A DNA stretch of 63,959 bases, filler included, from Octopus bimaculoides (lineage: Eukaryota), in NCBI RefSeq assembly GCF_001194135.2. It is 6 parts of 6 records of this genome, joined end to end, with 100 filler letters (N's around TTAATTAATTAA, not from the genome) between each part and the next. Parts side by side here need not be neighbours in the genome. Positions count along the whole stretch, not along the records: positions 33,726 to 58,450 come from NC_068989.1; 5 more parts are not named here. One strand, written 5' to 3'. Below, piece after piece: positions 36,848-50,553 of the stretch. The stretch's first letter is position 1. Every line of letters starts with the position of its first letter. The position numbers and the translations under genes are program-made. A model generated the notes under the pieces. It did no database searches and was not told the origin of the DNA. It saw only the letters and a list, made by a program, of their open reading frames with translations.

Positions 36848-37928
36848 TTAAGTTGGCAAGGAATTGATTTCGTTTTTTCTATTTTTTCTTTTTGCAGATA
36901 GACAGAGTTAAGATTTTTTTTTAATGACCTAGCCGTTAATTTTAGCTTACTTTAGAAGCAAAATGTGCGTAATTTTGTTTACAGCTATTAGTTCAATGTC
37001 AATTTTAACATGAAGTGCAAAAGCGAACATTTTCGTCATATTTTGCTGTTTTATTTCGGTAAAGGCAAGAAAGCTGCTGAGGGTCAAAGAAATATGTGAA
37101 GTTTATGGCGTGGATTGCTTAATAGAACACATGTCAGAAATGGTTTTAAAACTTCCGGTCTGGAGACTTTTTACTCAAAGATGACCAACGTTCTGGTCAA
37201 CCTAATGAAGTTGATGATGACCAAATCAAAGTCATACTTGAATCTAATTGTCATACAACTGTGCAAGAGATTGCAGAGAGATTAAATGTATCACACACAA
37301 CAATTGAAAATCAATCAAAATGTCGTGGACCCGTTCAGAAGCTCGATATTTAGGTTCCACATGAATTGAAAGAGATTTACATAACACAACCAATCAATAT
37401 TTACGACATGCATCTCAAGCGCAATGAAATCGCCTTTCTTTTGAAGCGAATCATCAACGGTGATAATAATTAGATTGTCTACAATAACATCAATAGAAAA
37501 CGATCATGGTCCAGGCGTAATGTACCAGCACAAACCACATCGAAAGCTGAACTGCATCAAAAAAAGGGTCATGCTGACAATTCAGTGGGATTATTGGACC
37601 TTCGTTGGGAAGTGATGTCACATCCACCATATAGTCCTGACTTTGCTCCATCAGATTATCATTTATTTCGAAGTTTGCAAAAATTCTTTGAACGGTAAAA
37701 CTTTCAATAACGATGATCACCTCAAATCTCACTTGCTTCAGTTTTTGACTGATAAGGACGAGAAGTTATATGAGCGCGGAATCATGAAGTTGCCAGAAAG
37801 ATGACAAAAGTTCATCGAACAAAACGGAAAATATATAATTGATTAAAGTTCATTCTTTGTATGAAAAAAAATGACTGACTTTTATTTCGCACAAAAAAAA
37901 AACAGAAATTGCTTTCTTGCCAAATCAA
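36848..37928 (+). pseudogene. Mariner (DD34D, Hsmar1/Mos1-like) transposon, decayed, with about 200 bp deleted from the catalytic domain
   Basis: TA-flanked degenerate TIRs TTAAGTTGGCAAGGAATTGATTTCG ... GAAATTGCTTTCTTGCCAAATCAA. Motifs *VPHEL, IINGD(NN*)IVYNN and HPPYSPDFAPSDYHLFRSL are present. The segment carrying the second Asp is absent. Confidence 0.9.
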
Positions 37929-37960
37929 TATAATATATGATGTCTCTCTCTCTCTGTCTG

Positions 37961-37992
<32 letters not shown>

Positions 37993-40047
37993 NNNNNNNN
38001 NNNNNNNNNNNNNNNNNNNNNNNNNNNNNNNNNNNNNNNNNNNNNNNNNNNNNNNNNNNNNNNNNNNNNNNNNNNNNNNNNNNNNNNNNNNNNNNNNNNN
38101 NNNNNNNNNNNNNNNNNNNNNNNNNNNNNNNNNNNNNNNNNNNNNNNNNNNNNNNNNNNNNNNNNNNNNNNNNNNNNNNNNNNNNNNNNNNNNNNNNNNN
38201 NNNNNNNNNNNNNNNNNNNNNNNNNNNNNNNNNNNNNNNNNNNNNNNNNNNNNNNNNNNNNNNNNNNNNNNNNNNNNNNNNNNNNNNNNNNNNNNNNNNN
38301 NNNNNNNNNNNNNNNNNNNNNNNNNNNNNNNNNNNNNNNNNNNNNNNNNNNNNGTGTGTGTGTGTGTGTGTATTTGTGTGTGTGTGTGTGTGTTTGTGGG
38401 TGTGTGTGTGATATTGCATCCGCTTCAATAATCTTTATGTTTTATGCTTTGCTTCATTTTTTTTTTAATGTTATATTTCGTCTACATTCAATTATTTTTC
38501 AACTTCAACAGAACCTTGCATTGCTTTTATTTTGTGCTTATTGTTGTTGTGATCGGTCACGTCTCCTCTTCCATATTCGCATCCAAGATTGAATTTCTCA
38601 TGTGATAAATTTCGGTTTCCTTTTGCAGTTCCTAGCTGACCCGTTTCTCTGTAACTCCAACTTTGTTCGTTTGCTTGATTTGTCTTTTGCTTTAATCCCA
38701 CCTCCATTTTCTCACTTTTGTTAAGACTGAGACACCAACACCATTCATTATTTGTTCCTTTTAGGAATATATATGTAATTCCCTACACTTTCTCATACAA
38801 TCTGTCCATACTTCTTCTCTTAAGTTTGAAATACCTACCAGTTATTGAAACACTTTCAAATAGTTGGGCATATCATCTCTCTCTATCACTTTCTCTCTGT
38901 TACTCTCTTTCACACACACTCTCTCTCTTCCTCTCTTTCTACCTTTGTCGTTTTCACTATCATTCATCTATCGTTCAATCATTCTCCTTATGTATGTTAT
39001 TTCATTGTGCTTCCATCTTTAATTTCCTCTTTCGGTTATAGAGTACGATTTATCACCTCATATCATTCTTCCCTTACTTGCGCTATGATTTCTTCTGTCT
39101 CTATTGCTGGCTGACTCTAGGCTATTATCCGCCTCCTACTTTTTCAATCGAGCACTCACCTTTTCATTTTTCTAATCCATCATTCTTTATAAGACTATCT
39201 TTCTCCTTTATGCATTTCAACATTATCGCTAATTTATCCTTCTACATTTCATGTTTTTGACGTTACTTCTCCATTTGGTCTTTTTCATGCCTTCCTACGC
39301 ATCCTAACAGGGTTAATACATTTGATTGTCTATTCATTATAAAACTTTATTTTAATTCTTAGGTAATAATCTGTTCTTTGTAGCTGCAGTTGTTTCATGT
39401 TATTACTCGTAATCAACGGGACATAATTTTCTCAAGCCTCCTTCGATAAATGGACATAGACATTTACAAATAGAAATTAGTGTTAAGAATACTTCTGATC
39501 AATTAAGTTGCATAATTACAAAAAGTGAATCAAAGAAAAGAATATGTGAGTATATTAACAAACGTATGCAAGTAATTAAAACCAATAGCCATGAAAACTG
39601 GATATAATGTGCGTCATCAGCAAGAAAAGACTCCAACAGGTAATAGTTTATAGGTTGTTTTGATGAGGAGAGTCGGTAAACAGCAGAATACATATGTTCT
39701 TTTTTTCCATATTTTTGTGTGACTCTAAGTTGGGATTTCGCATATCGAAGAGTTTTGTACGGCAATGGATAACGAAGCGCCATACTTGAAACATATTTTT
39801 GCAACAGATTTATAACCCAGCGAGGGACTCATCATATCGTCAACAAACTTGGTAGAAATAGCAGTCACATGTCCTTTAGATCATACTCCCACTATTTTGA
39901 TGGAATGACATATTGGATAACGCTAGCTTCTGTTCTCAGTACATCAGAAAAAGAAAAAAAACAAGACGTTCTTGCCCGGAATGTGGTTAGCTATAGCTGC
40001 TCGATGAAGTCTGAGTTGGGAATAAAAACACTAACAAGAAACATATA

Positions 40048-40473
40048 CCGTAAATCATCGAGTATAATCCGCACTTTTTTTCCAAAAATTTAAAGGTCAA
40101 AATTTCTAGTGCGTACTATATACGAGGTTAAAAATGAAAAATATTTTCTAAGCAAAATTTTCTAAGTGGTAAATATGTAAAGGCAATTTACTTAATATTT
40201 ATTTTTCACTGACGTTATTACTGTTATTTCTTTATTTTCTGCAAACAAAGTGCACAAAAAAGTTACACGTTTGCATTGTTATATATATACAATAATAATA
40301 AAGGACGTTACTGTATATACGTTTACAAACCAAGGACGTTATATAGACCTCCTTGACTCAAATTAGAGAAGAGGTGCGTATTATACACTAGGTTTAGGTT
40401 TTTCAGAAGTACAGCTCTCTAAAAGTCCCCTGCGTATTATACTCAAGGGCGGACTATACTCGAGGATTTACAG
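40048..40473. mobile_element. pogo/Tc2-like MITE (426 bp)
   Basis: TA-flanked TIRs CCGTAAATCATCGAGTATAATCCGC and GCGGACTATACTCGAGGATTTACAG. No ORF. Confidence 0.85.
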
Positions 40474-41177
40474 TATTCTATAACTTTTTTTTATATCTAT
40501 AATTATATTTTGCACGCGCAAAATATTATTAGATTTCATGGACGTTTGAAAATTTGTTTAACACCATCCTACGGACGTCCCCAGTAGCTGAGACCTTCGA
40601 TTAGATGTATTCCTGACTTTACTTCCAAGAAATAATTTAACTTGGACTGTATTATCCAATCTGGCCAACACGTATTTTCAAAAAGAATATATGCTATAAT
40701 TTGGGGTACCGACTCAACCATGCAGGTCCTTCTCTCTTGGCTTCGGATACTGTGGATGTTCTTGGTTTCCTAGAGTTAAAAATTATATTCGAGTTAATAC
40801 GCAAAACGTTTTACTCAGAAACAGCCATTATATTTGTCTGTAAAAATCATTCATGAGCATAGAGAAAAAAATAAATGATGTCTGTCTCTCAGCCAAGCAT
40901 ATATTATGAAATTTATATAGGGAGGATATACATATCTATAATTTTATTATGCAGAAAACTGTTGAATTTCCTCGGTCGGAAATTTAATGCTACTGTGATT
41001 TATAAGGGAAATATAGGATTATTTCTAACATTTAAAAAATTATTATTCAAATCGCAGACAATATAGTCTATAAATAGATATTTATGTCAAAATATGTTGC
41101 CAAATATGTACATACATACGTAAATGCGCATATATATACCCGCATACCTACACACAAACGCACACGTATATTTGTGC

Positions 41178-41229
<52 letters not shown>

Positions 41230-41577
41230 NNNNNNNNNNNNNNNNNNNNNNNNNNNNNNNNNNNNNNNNNNNNNNNNNNNNNNNNNNNNNNNNNNNNNNN
41301 NNNNNNNNNNNNNNNNNNNNNNNNNNNNNNNNNNNNNNNNNNNNNNNNNNNNNNNNNNNNNNNNNNNNNNNNNNNNNNNNNNNNNNNNNNNNNNNNNNNN
41401 NNNNNNNNNNNNNNNNNNNNNNNNNNNNNNNNNNNNNNNNNNNNNNNNNNNNNNNNNNNNNNNNNNNNNNNNNNNNNNNNNNNNNNNNNNNNNNNNNNNN
41501 NNNNNNNNNNNNNNNNNNNNNNNNNNNNNNNNNNNNNNNNNNNNNNNNNNNNNNNNNNNNNNNNNNNNNNNNNNNNN

Positions 41578-41621
<44 letters not shown>

Positions 41622-42472
41622 TTTATAAGCGCGTGTATGTGTGTAAATATATGCCTGTGTTTGAGCGATATTCAAAATAGAGTGGGAAAGAAAAAGAGAG
41701 AAAACATTGATTTATTTTCAATCGCAAAATTGACGTTGTATAAAATTTTCCTATGACTGCAAAAAAACAACCTAAAATGTTTGCTGTTAACTTGTGATAT
41801 CAAATGTTTCGAAGCAACGCAAAGCTACACTTAACTTTAATGAATCTGCTAGTTATGTGTGAACAATATTGATACCCTGTTTGCAATTGATCATGACTTT
41901 GGGCCGAAGAATGTCTCATTTCATGAAACTTCGATGGAGAAATGTGAGGAGAATCATCTAGTTCACCGACTCTAGATTCAAGTTGTTGTCTATTGGCTGA
42001 TTTCTTTGTGTCGTGAAATGGGCTGATAACATGATGCTCATGCTAGTGTGGAATTAGTGTAGTCTCAAGTATTATAGATATTCTAACTGTGGAATATCTA
42101 TTCTAAACAGCTGTAGTGTCCCAAATAGTGAATGAAAGATGATCGAAATGCTAATTACGAAAGAAAGTGTGCAGTAGCTGCAAGGGAATTACAGGTGAGC
42201 TTAAAAATAGATAACTTTGAATGAAAATTTGTGGACGTTTTCACGCAGAAGTCTAAATAAGAAAATATGGTGGATATAATGAGGGAAGCGGGTTTTCATT
42301 TAGAGTCTACATGAAATAACATCGTCTAGATTCTAGACAATGTTATTTCTTTTCGGAAAGAAAAAGGCATATAAATTATTGCCTGGTGACACTTGAGAGC
42401 TAGAGGAAAAGATACAAATGATGCAGCAAGAAATAGATGTGTGGCTGTTTATACCAGGGGTGTCAAAGCAAG

Positions 42473-42749
42473 CGAAAACACCTAAAGCTTCACGAGGCTC
42501 CGGCAGGGGATGGTGGCGCACCCTGCTGTACTCTTTCACTACAACTTACTCTCACTCTTACTTCCTGTTTCTGCTGTGCCTGTAATTCAAAGGGTCAGCC
42601 TTGTCACACTGTGTCACGCTGAATATCCCCGAGAACTACGTTAAGAGTACACGTGTCTGTGGAGTGCACAGCCACTTGCACGTTAATTTCACGAGCAGGC
42701 CGATCCGCTGATCGGATCAACTGGAACCCTCGACGTTGTAAGCGACGGA
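42473..42749 (+). mobile_element. SINE family A, 5'-truncated, with 11-bp TSD
   Basis: GTCAAAGCAAG at 42462-42472 and 42750-42760. The body is colinear with the 23740 copy but lacks the tRNA head. Confidence 0.88.
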
Positions 42750-44738
42750 GTCAAAGCAAGATCAGATGATGTTTGTGTTGGCGGGTAATCTACATATATC
42801 GTTGAAGAGGAGAGAGAAATGGTTAATGATTTCTAGGTATTTCTAGTTGATTTTGTCATGTGAATATTTGTTGCCTGATAGGAAAAGAAAATGCGCTACA
42901 CCACTGATAGGAGCGACGTTTATTATTAATAGATTAAAGTTGGCCATGGAAAATCCCGGACTTAATGAACACCAAACGCGAGTACAAAATACAGGGGATG
43001 TCGATACGGGAATAATGTACTGATAACAGTTCGATCCACGAACTCATTTCCGTAGCTTATAACTGTGGGATAAATAGGAATGAAAATGTAAATATGATTC
43101 TTCTTTCCAACTGACGTGCAGAAAAAAAAATGAGAGCGTGCCTAAGGGAGACTGTCTTCCGCCATATCAGTTCATTGGTTGTTGACACAACTTCTATTCT
43201 TCAAAGATAAGCATACATTAGCTGCTTATAAAACCGTTATGAATTAGGCTAGCACATTAGTGAATAGTCTAATTTACATATTTGTGCTTTTGATGCTTCC
43301 TCATAAATTAAACAATATCTATTTATGCACGACAGAGCGTGATAAGAACTAAGATGAATTTATAAGTAGCTGGTTCATGTTATCGACAGGGGAAGAAAAA
43401 TCGGTACGCCTTTTCTTAAGTGCTATCGATCGACACACTCCCTTTTCCCTGCACATCAATTGGAGAGAAGCGCTGTGTTTAGGTTCATATTCTTCCTTAA
43501 TCCACAGTGAGGTTTATGATACTTAGATATTGCTATTATTCTGGTCTGCGCTGTATTGTGTATAAATATGTAGTTTTTGGAGTTTGGAAAGCCAAAATGT
43601 TATATAATTATATATCATGACGGAATAATTTTGTTAGCATTAAATAATGTAGTATTAACTTTGTTGATTGGCAAAATACATTAGGAAATTAAATTTTTTT
43701 TTAATATATATATTTCCATAATCGAAAATGTAAAAAGAAAATGTCGTCGTATAGAGATTTAATCACTTAATACGCTGCAGCGAACATACGTATCCTATAT
43801 TCAACATAATGGAGGCTGATACGAAGACGTAAAATATATATTTCAGGAAAAAAAAAATGATACTAATCATAATCAAACCTTTCCTTTACGTATTACGAAT
43901 AATTCATGAATATGGCATATTCAAACTTTTACACACCTGTTAAGATACGTGCAAAATGTTCGTATGGGTATCTATATATATCTATGTGTGTATGTGTGTG
44001 TGTCTGTGTCAGTGTGTATATGTATATGTATATATATATATTTGTTTTGCAAGATTTTTTATGTGAAATCGTGTGTTGAAACAGATGTTGTTGTACTCGG
44101 GGATGGTCATATTGCCAGTTTAGCCAATAAAAACACACGCACTGTATATTTGGTGTTAATTTGCTTCAGCTTTATATTACATTAATCTTAATCTTATTTC
44201 GGCCAGAGTTCTTTCGTCACACTTCTGTGACCTCATCAGTGGTCCTTTGTTTCCTTCCTTCTTATGTGTGTCTCACCTTGCTAACTATCAGCCATTTTGT
44301 ATAAAATGGCTAAACTGGCAATATGACCATNNNNNNNNNNNNNNNNNNNNNNNNNNNNNNNNNNNNNNNNNNNNNNNNNNNNNNNNNNNNNNNNNNNNNN
44401 NNNNNNNNNNNNNNNNNNNNNNNNNNNNNNNNNNNNNNNNNNNNNNNNNNNNNNNNNNNNNNNNNNNNNNNNNNNNNNNNNNNNNNNNNNNNNNNNNNNN
44501 NNNNNNNNNNNNNNNNNNNNNNNNNNNNNNNNNNNNNNNNNNNNNNNNNNNNNNNNNNNNNNNNNNNNNNNNNNNNNNNNNNNNNNNNNNNNNNNNNNNN
44601 NNNNNNNNNNNNNNNNNNNNNNNNNNNNNNNNNNNNNNNNNNNNNNNNNNNNNNNNNNNNNNNNNNNNNNNNNNNNNNNNNNNNNNNNNNNNNNNNNTAT
44701 GTATATATACATACACACACACACATATATATATATAC

Positions 44739-44800
<62 letters not shown>

Positions 44801-44920
44801 ATGTACATGTACAGCAATATGCTAAAGAAAATGATACATATTTACTCGGGAAAATTGAGTTCTATATTGCTGCACTTACCTCTTCGCCATATGTAAGTGT
44901 ATGAGTGTGTGTGTGTGTGT

Positions 44921-44965
<45 letters not shown>

Positions 44966-45509
44966 AACGCATGTATATATGTATATATATTTATACTGAT
45001 GCGCACGCATCACATATACTCTCCCTTGTGGGTATCAATTGGTGTCCGTGTAAAACTGTTGACACTATTTTTTCATAATTTAGTTACCTCTAAAAATCTA
45101 ATCTCAAATATGATTATATCACAGGGCAAGTAATCAGTAGATACGTATTTACTTTAGTAATACTTTGTTAAGTTTCTGATATCAAGACGTAATTCATAAA
45201 CACAGCAATTCTGATAAAAATCTCAAAAAAATACGAGCGATATAACTTTTATTCCTCCTACTCGTGATCCGAAGACTTTGGTTATATGACTTAATCAGAA
45301 AATGTATTTTCAGGGCGAGTATAAATGCATGCATAAAGGAAATATTATGCGCAGCTCTTATGTATACTGATTTATTCATGAAAAGTTGTGTGCGTTTCTT
45401 TATCGTATGAGTACTACAAGTATACATATCTCTATAGAGTAGAGCGAAAATTTGATTTAGGTAATTTGAATAAACTGAAGATTTATGTATGTATGTATGT
45501 ATGTATGTA

Positions 45510-45630
45510 TGCTTTTGTCATCCCGAAGCCATAGTAGAAGATACTTGCCAAAGGTGCTACGCCATGGGATTGAACCTGGAACCATGTGGTTAGAAAGCAA
45601 GCTTTTTACCACACAGCTACGCCTGTGCCC
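45510..45630 (-). mobile_element. CORE-like SINE 5' fragment with (TATG)n
   Basis: TAGTAGAAGATACTTGCCAAAGGTGCTACGC...TTTACCACACAGCTACGCCTGTG. Confidence 0.75.
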
Positions 45631-46249
45631 AGATACAGGTACCCATTCGTACACATATACATGCATCCAAACAAACATTTATCATTTACATTTATGTTTA
45701 TACATAAATGTATATAAACATACGTATACACACACATACGTAGACAAATACACCCATACATATGTACACACACATACAAACATCCATACAATAATTACAT
45801 CATTGTGTTACAACATAATTACAATCGATGAGTGCTTTGTGTCTCTAAATTACCTATTTTGTGCAAATTCGTGCGTGAACGGATGTAAAAATGCCAGCAA
45901 AATAGACATAGAATGTTTAACTGTTAGAGAAAATAGAAATGGCAGATTTGCGTTAAGCAATTTTTCTTTGCCTAATTTGAAATAATTTCCTTGCGATCGA
46001 TGTTGATTTCTCAATTTCTTTTAGCAATGAAATATTTCAATCGAATGTAAAAGTTTTGTACTTAAAATAGCTGAATTCTCTATTAGATGTTTTCCAAATA
46101 CGGCCACTATTTTCTACACAAATAGAAATAGTACAGGGACTGACCAAAAGACCTCGCGTTGGCATTTAACTACATCAGATTCCACTTCGAATAATCCTCA
46201 CCCAGCGCGGTTATATTCGCATTCTCATGCAATAAGTTATCTCTCTGTA

Positions 46250-46345
46250 GCACGCAAGGTGGGTGAGTTGGCGGAATCTTTAGCACGTCGAACAAGATGC
46301 TTAGTAGCATTTCGTCCGGTTCTTTACGCTCTGAGCTTAAGCCCT
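46250..46345 (+). mobile_element. Meta-like SINE head fragment
   Basis: GGTGAGTTGGCGGAATCTTTAGCACGTCGAACAAGATGCTTAGTAGCATTTCGTCCGG matches the 13945 head. Confidence 0.6.
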
Positions 46346-46539
46346 GTCAGGGGCAACGCAATCACATCAAAATTGCAGACCTTCTGTCCAACTTAACAAT
46401 TACAGAACAATGGAATGCTTAAAAAAGAACCAAATTCCAGATGGAATTTGAACTCGGTTGTCCGACGCCTGCAAATTAAGGGGCATCGACCCAAGTACTT
46501 GATTTGATTATCGATTATTCAAATGCTACGATTTTTGAG

Positions 46540-47870
46540 TTTCTTATTCTCCTTTTCTTTCTTACATTCTCGTCCATGAGAAACCGTTTCCTCTTCAAAC
46601 TTTTCATCCAAATATCTCTATTTCGCTTGTTTTCACTGCATTGATTTCTATTATATTTTTACTTACCTCTCCTTAATATCATTTTGCGTTGGAGATGGAT
46701 TCTTTCGTTTGTTCTAGAAATATTTGTTGATTTTCCTAACTACGGATTCTTTGTAATTTAGCGAGGATCTTTTGTTTAAGACGCTCTTTGATATCTGGTA
46801 ATTAATTTTGTTATCGTATTTATGTTATTCTTGTGTCTCTTTGTTTCATTTCTGTCTTCTGATATTGATTTCATTAAAGATGAAAGGTGTGTCACATCTT
46901 TATATATCTCCCTTCCATATTATTTGTTTGGATTATGATCTTCTTGTATAAGCTGATCCGAGGGAGCATATACGATTACTTTGTTATAAATTTGGTTGTT
47001 GCTTATATTATTTGCTTTATTCGAAATTATTGATGTTGGCATCGGATTTCCTTAAATCTACAATGGCGAATTTTCTGCTGTTTATTGTTGTTACTGTTTT
47101 CTCGTTAAGTTTTATCTTGTATTTCGTTGGTTCATAAGTTCTATTGATTATTATTCTTAAACTGCTCCCACCTTTAGTGTATTGTTGCATTCAGAATTTC
47201 CATCCATAGAATTGTCTATTCTTAAATCGTTCTCATATTCCGTTATATTCATATTTTCGATTGAGTCGTTGTCCTCTGAGATATGGTTTTCATGTGGAGG
47301 CGCAATGGCCTAGTGGTTAGGGCAGCGGACTCGCGGTCATAGTATCGCTGTTTCGATTCCCAGACCGGGCGTTGTGAGTGTTTATTGAGCGAAAACACCT
47401 AAAGCTCCACGAGGTTCCGGCAGGGGATGGTGGCGAACACTGCTGTACTCTTCCACCACGACTTTCTCTCACTCTTACTTCCTGTTTCTGTCGTGCCTGT
47501 AATTCAAAGGGTCAGCCTTGTCATACTGTGTCACGCTGAATATCCCTGAGAACTACGTTAAGGGCACACGTGTCTGTGGAGTGCTCAGCCACTTGCACGT
47601 TAATTTCACGAGCAGGCTGTTCCGTTGATCGGATCAACCGGAACCCTCGAAGTCGTAAGCGACGGAGTGCCAACACAACATGGTTTTCATAGGTTGCACT
47701 TCTAATAATATTTAGTTTGATCGGTAATCTACTTTTACAACCACACTGTGCGAGATGCTTGGGTGTTTTTATAATAAAAAAAAATCAGCTGCGTCACACC
47801 ATCTCTGTGGACATTAACCTAGAAATATTTCCGTTTGGTATTATCCACATCCATTTTTCCCCTCTTGATT
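46540..47870 (-). mobile_element. Decayed R4/Dong-like LINE, pre-RT region, interrupted by a SINE
   Basis: Minus-strand fragments LRIIINRTYEPTKYKIKLNEKTVTTINSRKFAIVDL and PDIKERLKQKILAKLQRIR resemble the LKQKxxAxxxRIRRY motif of R4/Dong ORFs. Multiple stops and frameshifts. The upstream limit is uncertain. Confidence 0.6.
47294..47679 (+). mobile_element. SINE family A, full length, with 11-bp TSD
   Basis: ATGGTTTTCAT at 47283-47293 and 47680-47690. A/B boxes intact. Confidence 0.92.
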
Positions 47871-48035
47871 AACTTATAATAGAAAAAAAAAAACAAAAAA
47901 AAAACAGAACAAAATCGAAAAACAAAAATTGTAATAAGTTTCAAACGTTTAAGAATCTATTGAGAACAATATGTGTCACTTTGTCTTTGACGATCTAGTT
48001 GCCATCCTCATCGTGGTCGCCACAGTAATCATCAT

Positions 48036-48074
<39 letters not shown>

Positions 48075-48319
48075 TACACTCATCATCATCATCAACAACA
48101 ACAACGAAAACAGCAGCCACAAAGGCTTCAACATTCTACTTGCTTGAAGTAGCTGCCGAATCCTACCTCCAAACATACCGCTAATAATGGATACTTTAGA
48201 ACATATTTATTCGCATATAGAGAGTAAGCTCGTGGCTGGAACACCTGTTTAATCATATTTAGGATGAGGTAAATCAATGAAGACAAAAACATGGGAATAC
48301 TAACGATAGCAACAACAAC

Positions 48320-48460
48320 AATAATATTGAGGTAGTGAGACGTCGATTACATCAACTATAGTATTCTATAATGAAAGAATGAAAGACAAACTCAACGTCG
48401 GTGGGGTACGAACTCAGACCGTAAAATACGGACAAAATGCCCCTAAGCATTTTCTGTCTC
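48320..48460 (-). mobile_element. Meta-like SINE, degenerate
   Basis: GAAAGAATGAAAGACAAACTCAACGTCGGTGGGGTACGAACTCAGACC...AAATGCCCCTAAGCATTT. Confidence 0.5.
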
Positions 48461-48607
48461 TTCTCTCATGCGCACTCTTCTACTATCTCTTCCGTGTCTA
48501 ACTCTCTCCCTTTCTTGCTCTTCATCCCTTCTGTCTTTCTGTCCCGCCCTTTCTCTGTTCGTCTCTCCCTTTCACCGTTCCCCTCTCTCNNNNNNNNNNT
48601 CACCGTT

Positions 48608-48654
<47 letters not shown>

Positions 48655-49190
48655 TCGTGCTTGACTCTCTCGTCCCTGACACGTGACGAAAGGGGATTTC
48701 TCTTTCTGCCCACTGCCTTCCTAAAGAAAAGACGTACTTTTTCTGTCTCTTCTCTCATAGTACGTCTACATAGCGTTCATAATAATTTAACTATCGTCTT
48801 GGTTCAACAGCCCTCACCGTTCGTTTTTACTGTCTTGTTCTCACTGTTCTGTTGTTCTTAACACTTTCATCCCCGGCAAAAAATTCCAAATTTTATTTAA
48901 TTTGCTTTGCGGGAATGACTGTTCCAACGAAGTCGCGTATTGTCCTTGCCTTCGAAACGCGGAGTGGATGGAACAGGGACAACTGACGAAGGGGTATACT
49001 CTTTATGTTGCATGTCTCGTTTCTCTGTTTGTTTGTTTTTGTTCCTTGTTCGAAAAAAGTTCGTTTTCTGTTTCGTTTTTATGTTTTCGATTCTCATTGT
49101 GTTGAACGTTTTTTGATGTCCTGTACTCATATATATGCATGTATGTATACATATAGATGTAGGTGTGTACATATATGTATGGATATATGC

Positions 49191-49222
<32 letters not shown>

Positions 49223-49994
49223 GAATATATATTGATAGATAGATAGGTCCTTTAATGTGTGTGTGCGTGCGTGCGTGTGCGTGTGAAAGGGCGCGCGTTC
49301 ATGCGTGCGCGTATTTGATCATGTCGATGCATACACAGATTTACATTTGAAAACAAATTGATATTAGCATTATTATTGTTTTCATTTTATAAGTCAAAAT
49401 GACATTAAATTATTTTAGCACCAATTCCAAACATAACTTGATCAATAATTCTCTCGCTTTAACAGCCTCTGAAAGTTTTCTGACAGTTTGTTTTTCAGTA
49501 GAAGTTTTTAGTGCCAAACTACTTTCAAAGACAAAAAAAAAATCTTTGCTATAAAATTATTGATTGTCTGTCAGGTAAGATAAGTTATATTTCCTTTTTC
49601 TTCTATTAATCACAGCATTTCAATAAAAGTTTGAGTTTTGGTGTCAACTAGGTTTCAGATATTAACTCTTTCGTGTTATATGTTTCTTTGGAGAATTTTG
49701 TATTCAGTGTTTTCTTGTTTTCATAAGCATTCTCGTTCACATATATACATAAATTGCCTATTTACAATCGTAATAAGAAAAAAAAAATTAAAGAATCGTT
49801 GTCTGTGTTGATATACAATCATAATACCGAACATGGTATTCACAAACTACTGTCACTCCGAACATGATGCAATGAAAGGAATTGAATAAATTTAAATCAA
49901 TGTCTAGGAAAAGATCTTTAGTAACACTAAATGGTTTACTTTGTTTAAGATCGAGCGAGATTTGATTCGAGGGAAGTAGGGCTACTATTTATAT

Positions 49995-50287
49995 GGGGTG
50001 AAGGCGCGTAATTCAGTGTTTATGGCGTTCCGTTCACGATTGTAAATTCTTGAGTTCGATACCAGGTGGTGCGTTGTGTTCTTTAGCGAGACAATTTATT
50101 TCATGTTGCTCCAATCCAGTCCGTTGGATCTCAAAGGACCACTCTTGTCACGTTCTGTGTCACGCTGAATTTCCCTTAGAACTACGTTAAGGGTATACGT
50201 GTCTTTACGTGCTCAGTCATTTTTACGTTAATTTTAAGAGATGATCGGATGAACCGGAGCACTCGCCGTTGTAACCGACGGAGTACC
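49995..50287 (+). mobile_element. Older tRNA SINE sharing the family A 3' tail but with a different core
   Basis: GAGTTCGATACC B box, core ATTTATTTCATGTTGCTCCAATCCA, and tail GAGAACTACGTTAAGGG-like ...GTTGTAACCGACGGAGTACC. Confidence 0.65.
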
Positions 50288-50553
50288 AGTAATGTATAAC
50301 GGGTAAAATGATTGCGGAATTCGATATACAGAACGGCAAGAGGCGTAGTGAGAGGTGTTCCTCGTATACTAACCGCAGAGGTGGTATGCTTTATTCAAGA
50401 AAAGAAATAACTAAAGAGGCCTCAAACCAAAATATAACTCAAAGCGGGGACACAGCTAGATTTCTTTCATCATTGTAGTCTATCAAAATGGAAAACTCGA
50501 AAATGTTTTTGACCATTAGCATGGTTTGTATATAAATTATAAGGAAGTCTATA

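Noticed and set aside
47294-47370. tRNA gene candidates at SINE heads (also 23740, 25083 and 52483)
   Set aside because: A/B boxes are present, but the acceptor stem and cloverleaf are incomplete and the heads continue into repeat bodies.
49499-49574. Exon-like interval with TTTTTCAG acceptor and CAG|GTAAGA donor
   Set aside because: The most plausible frame hits TAA after the A-run, and no recognisable peptide results.
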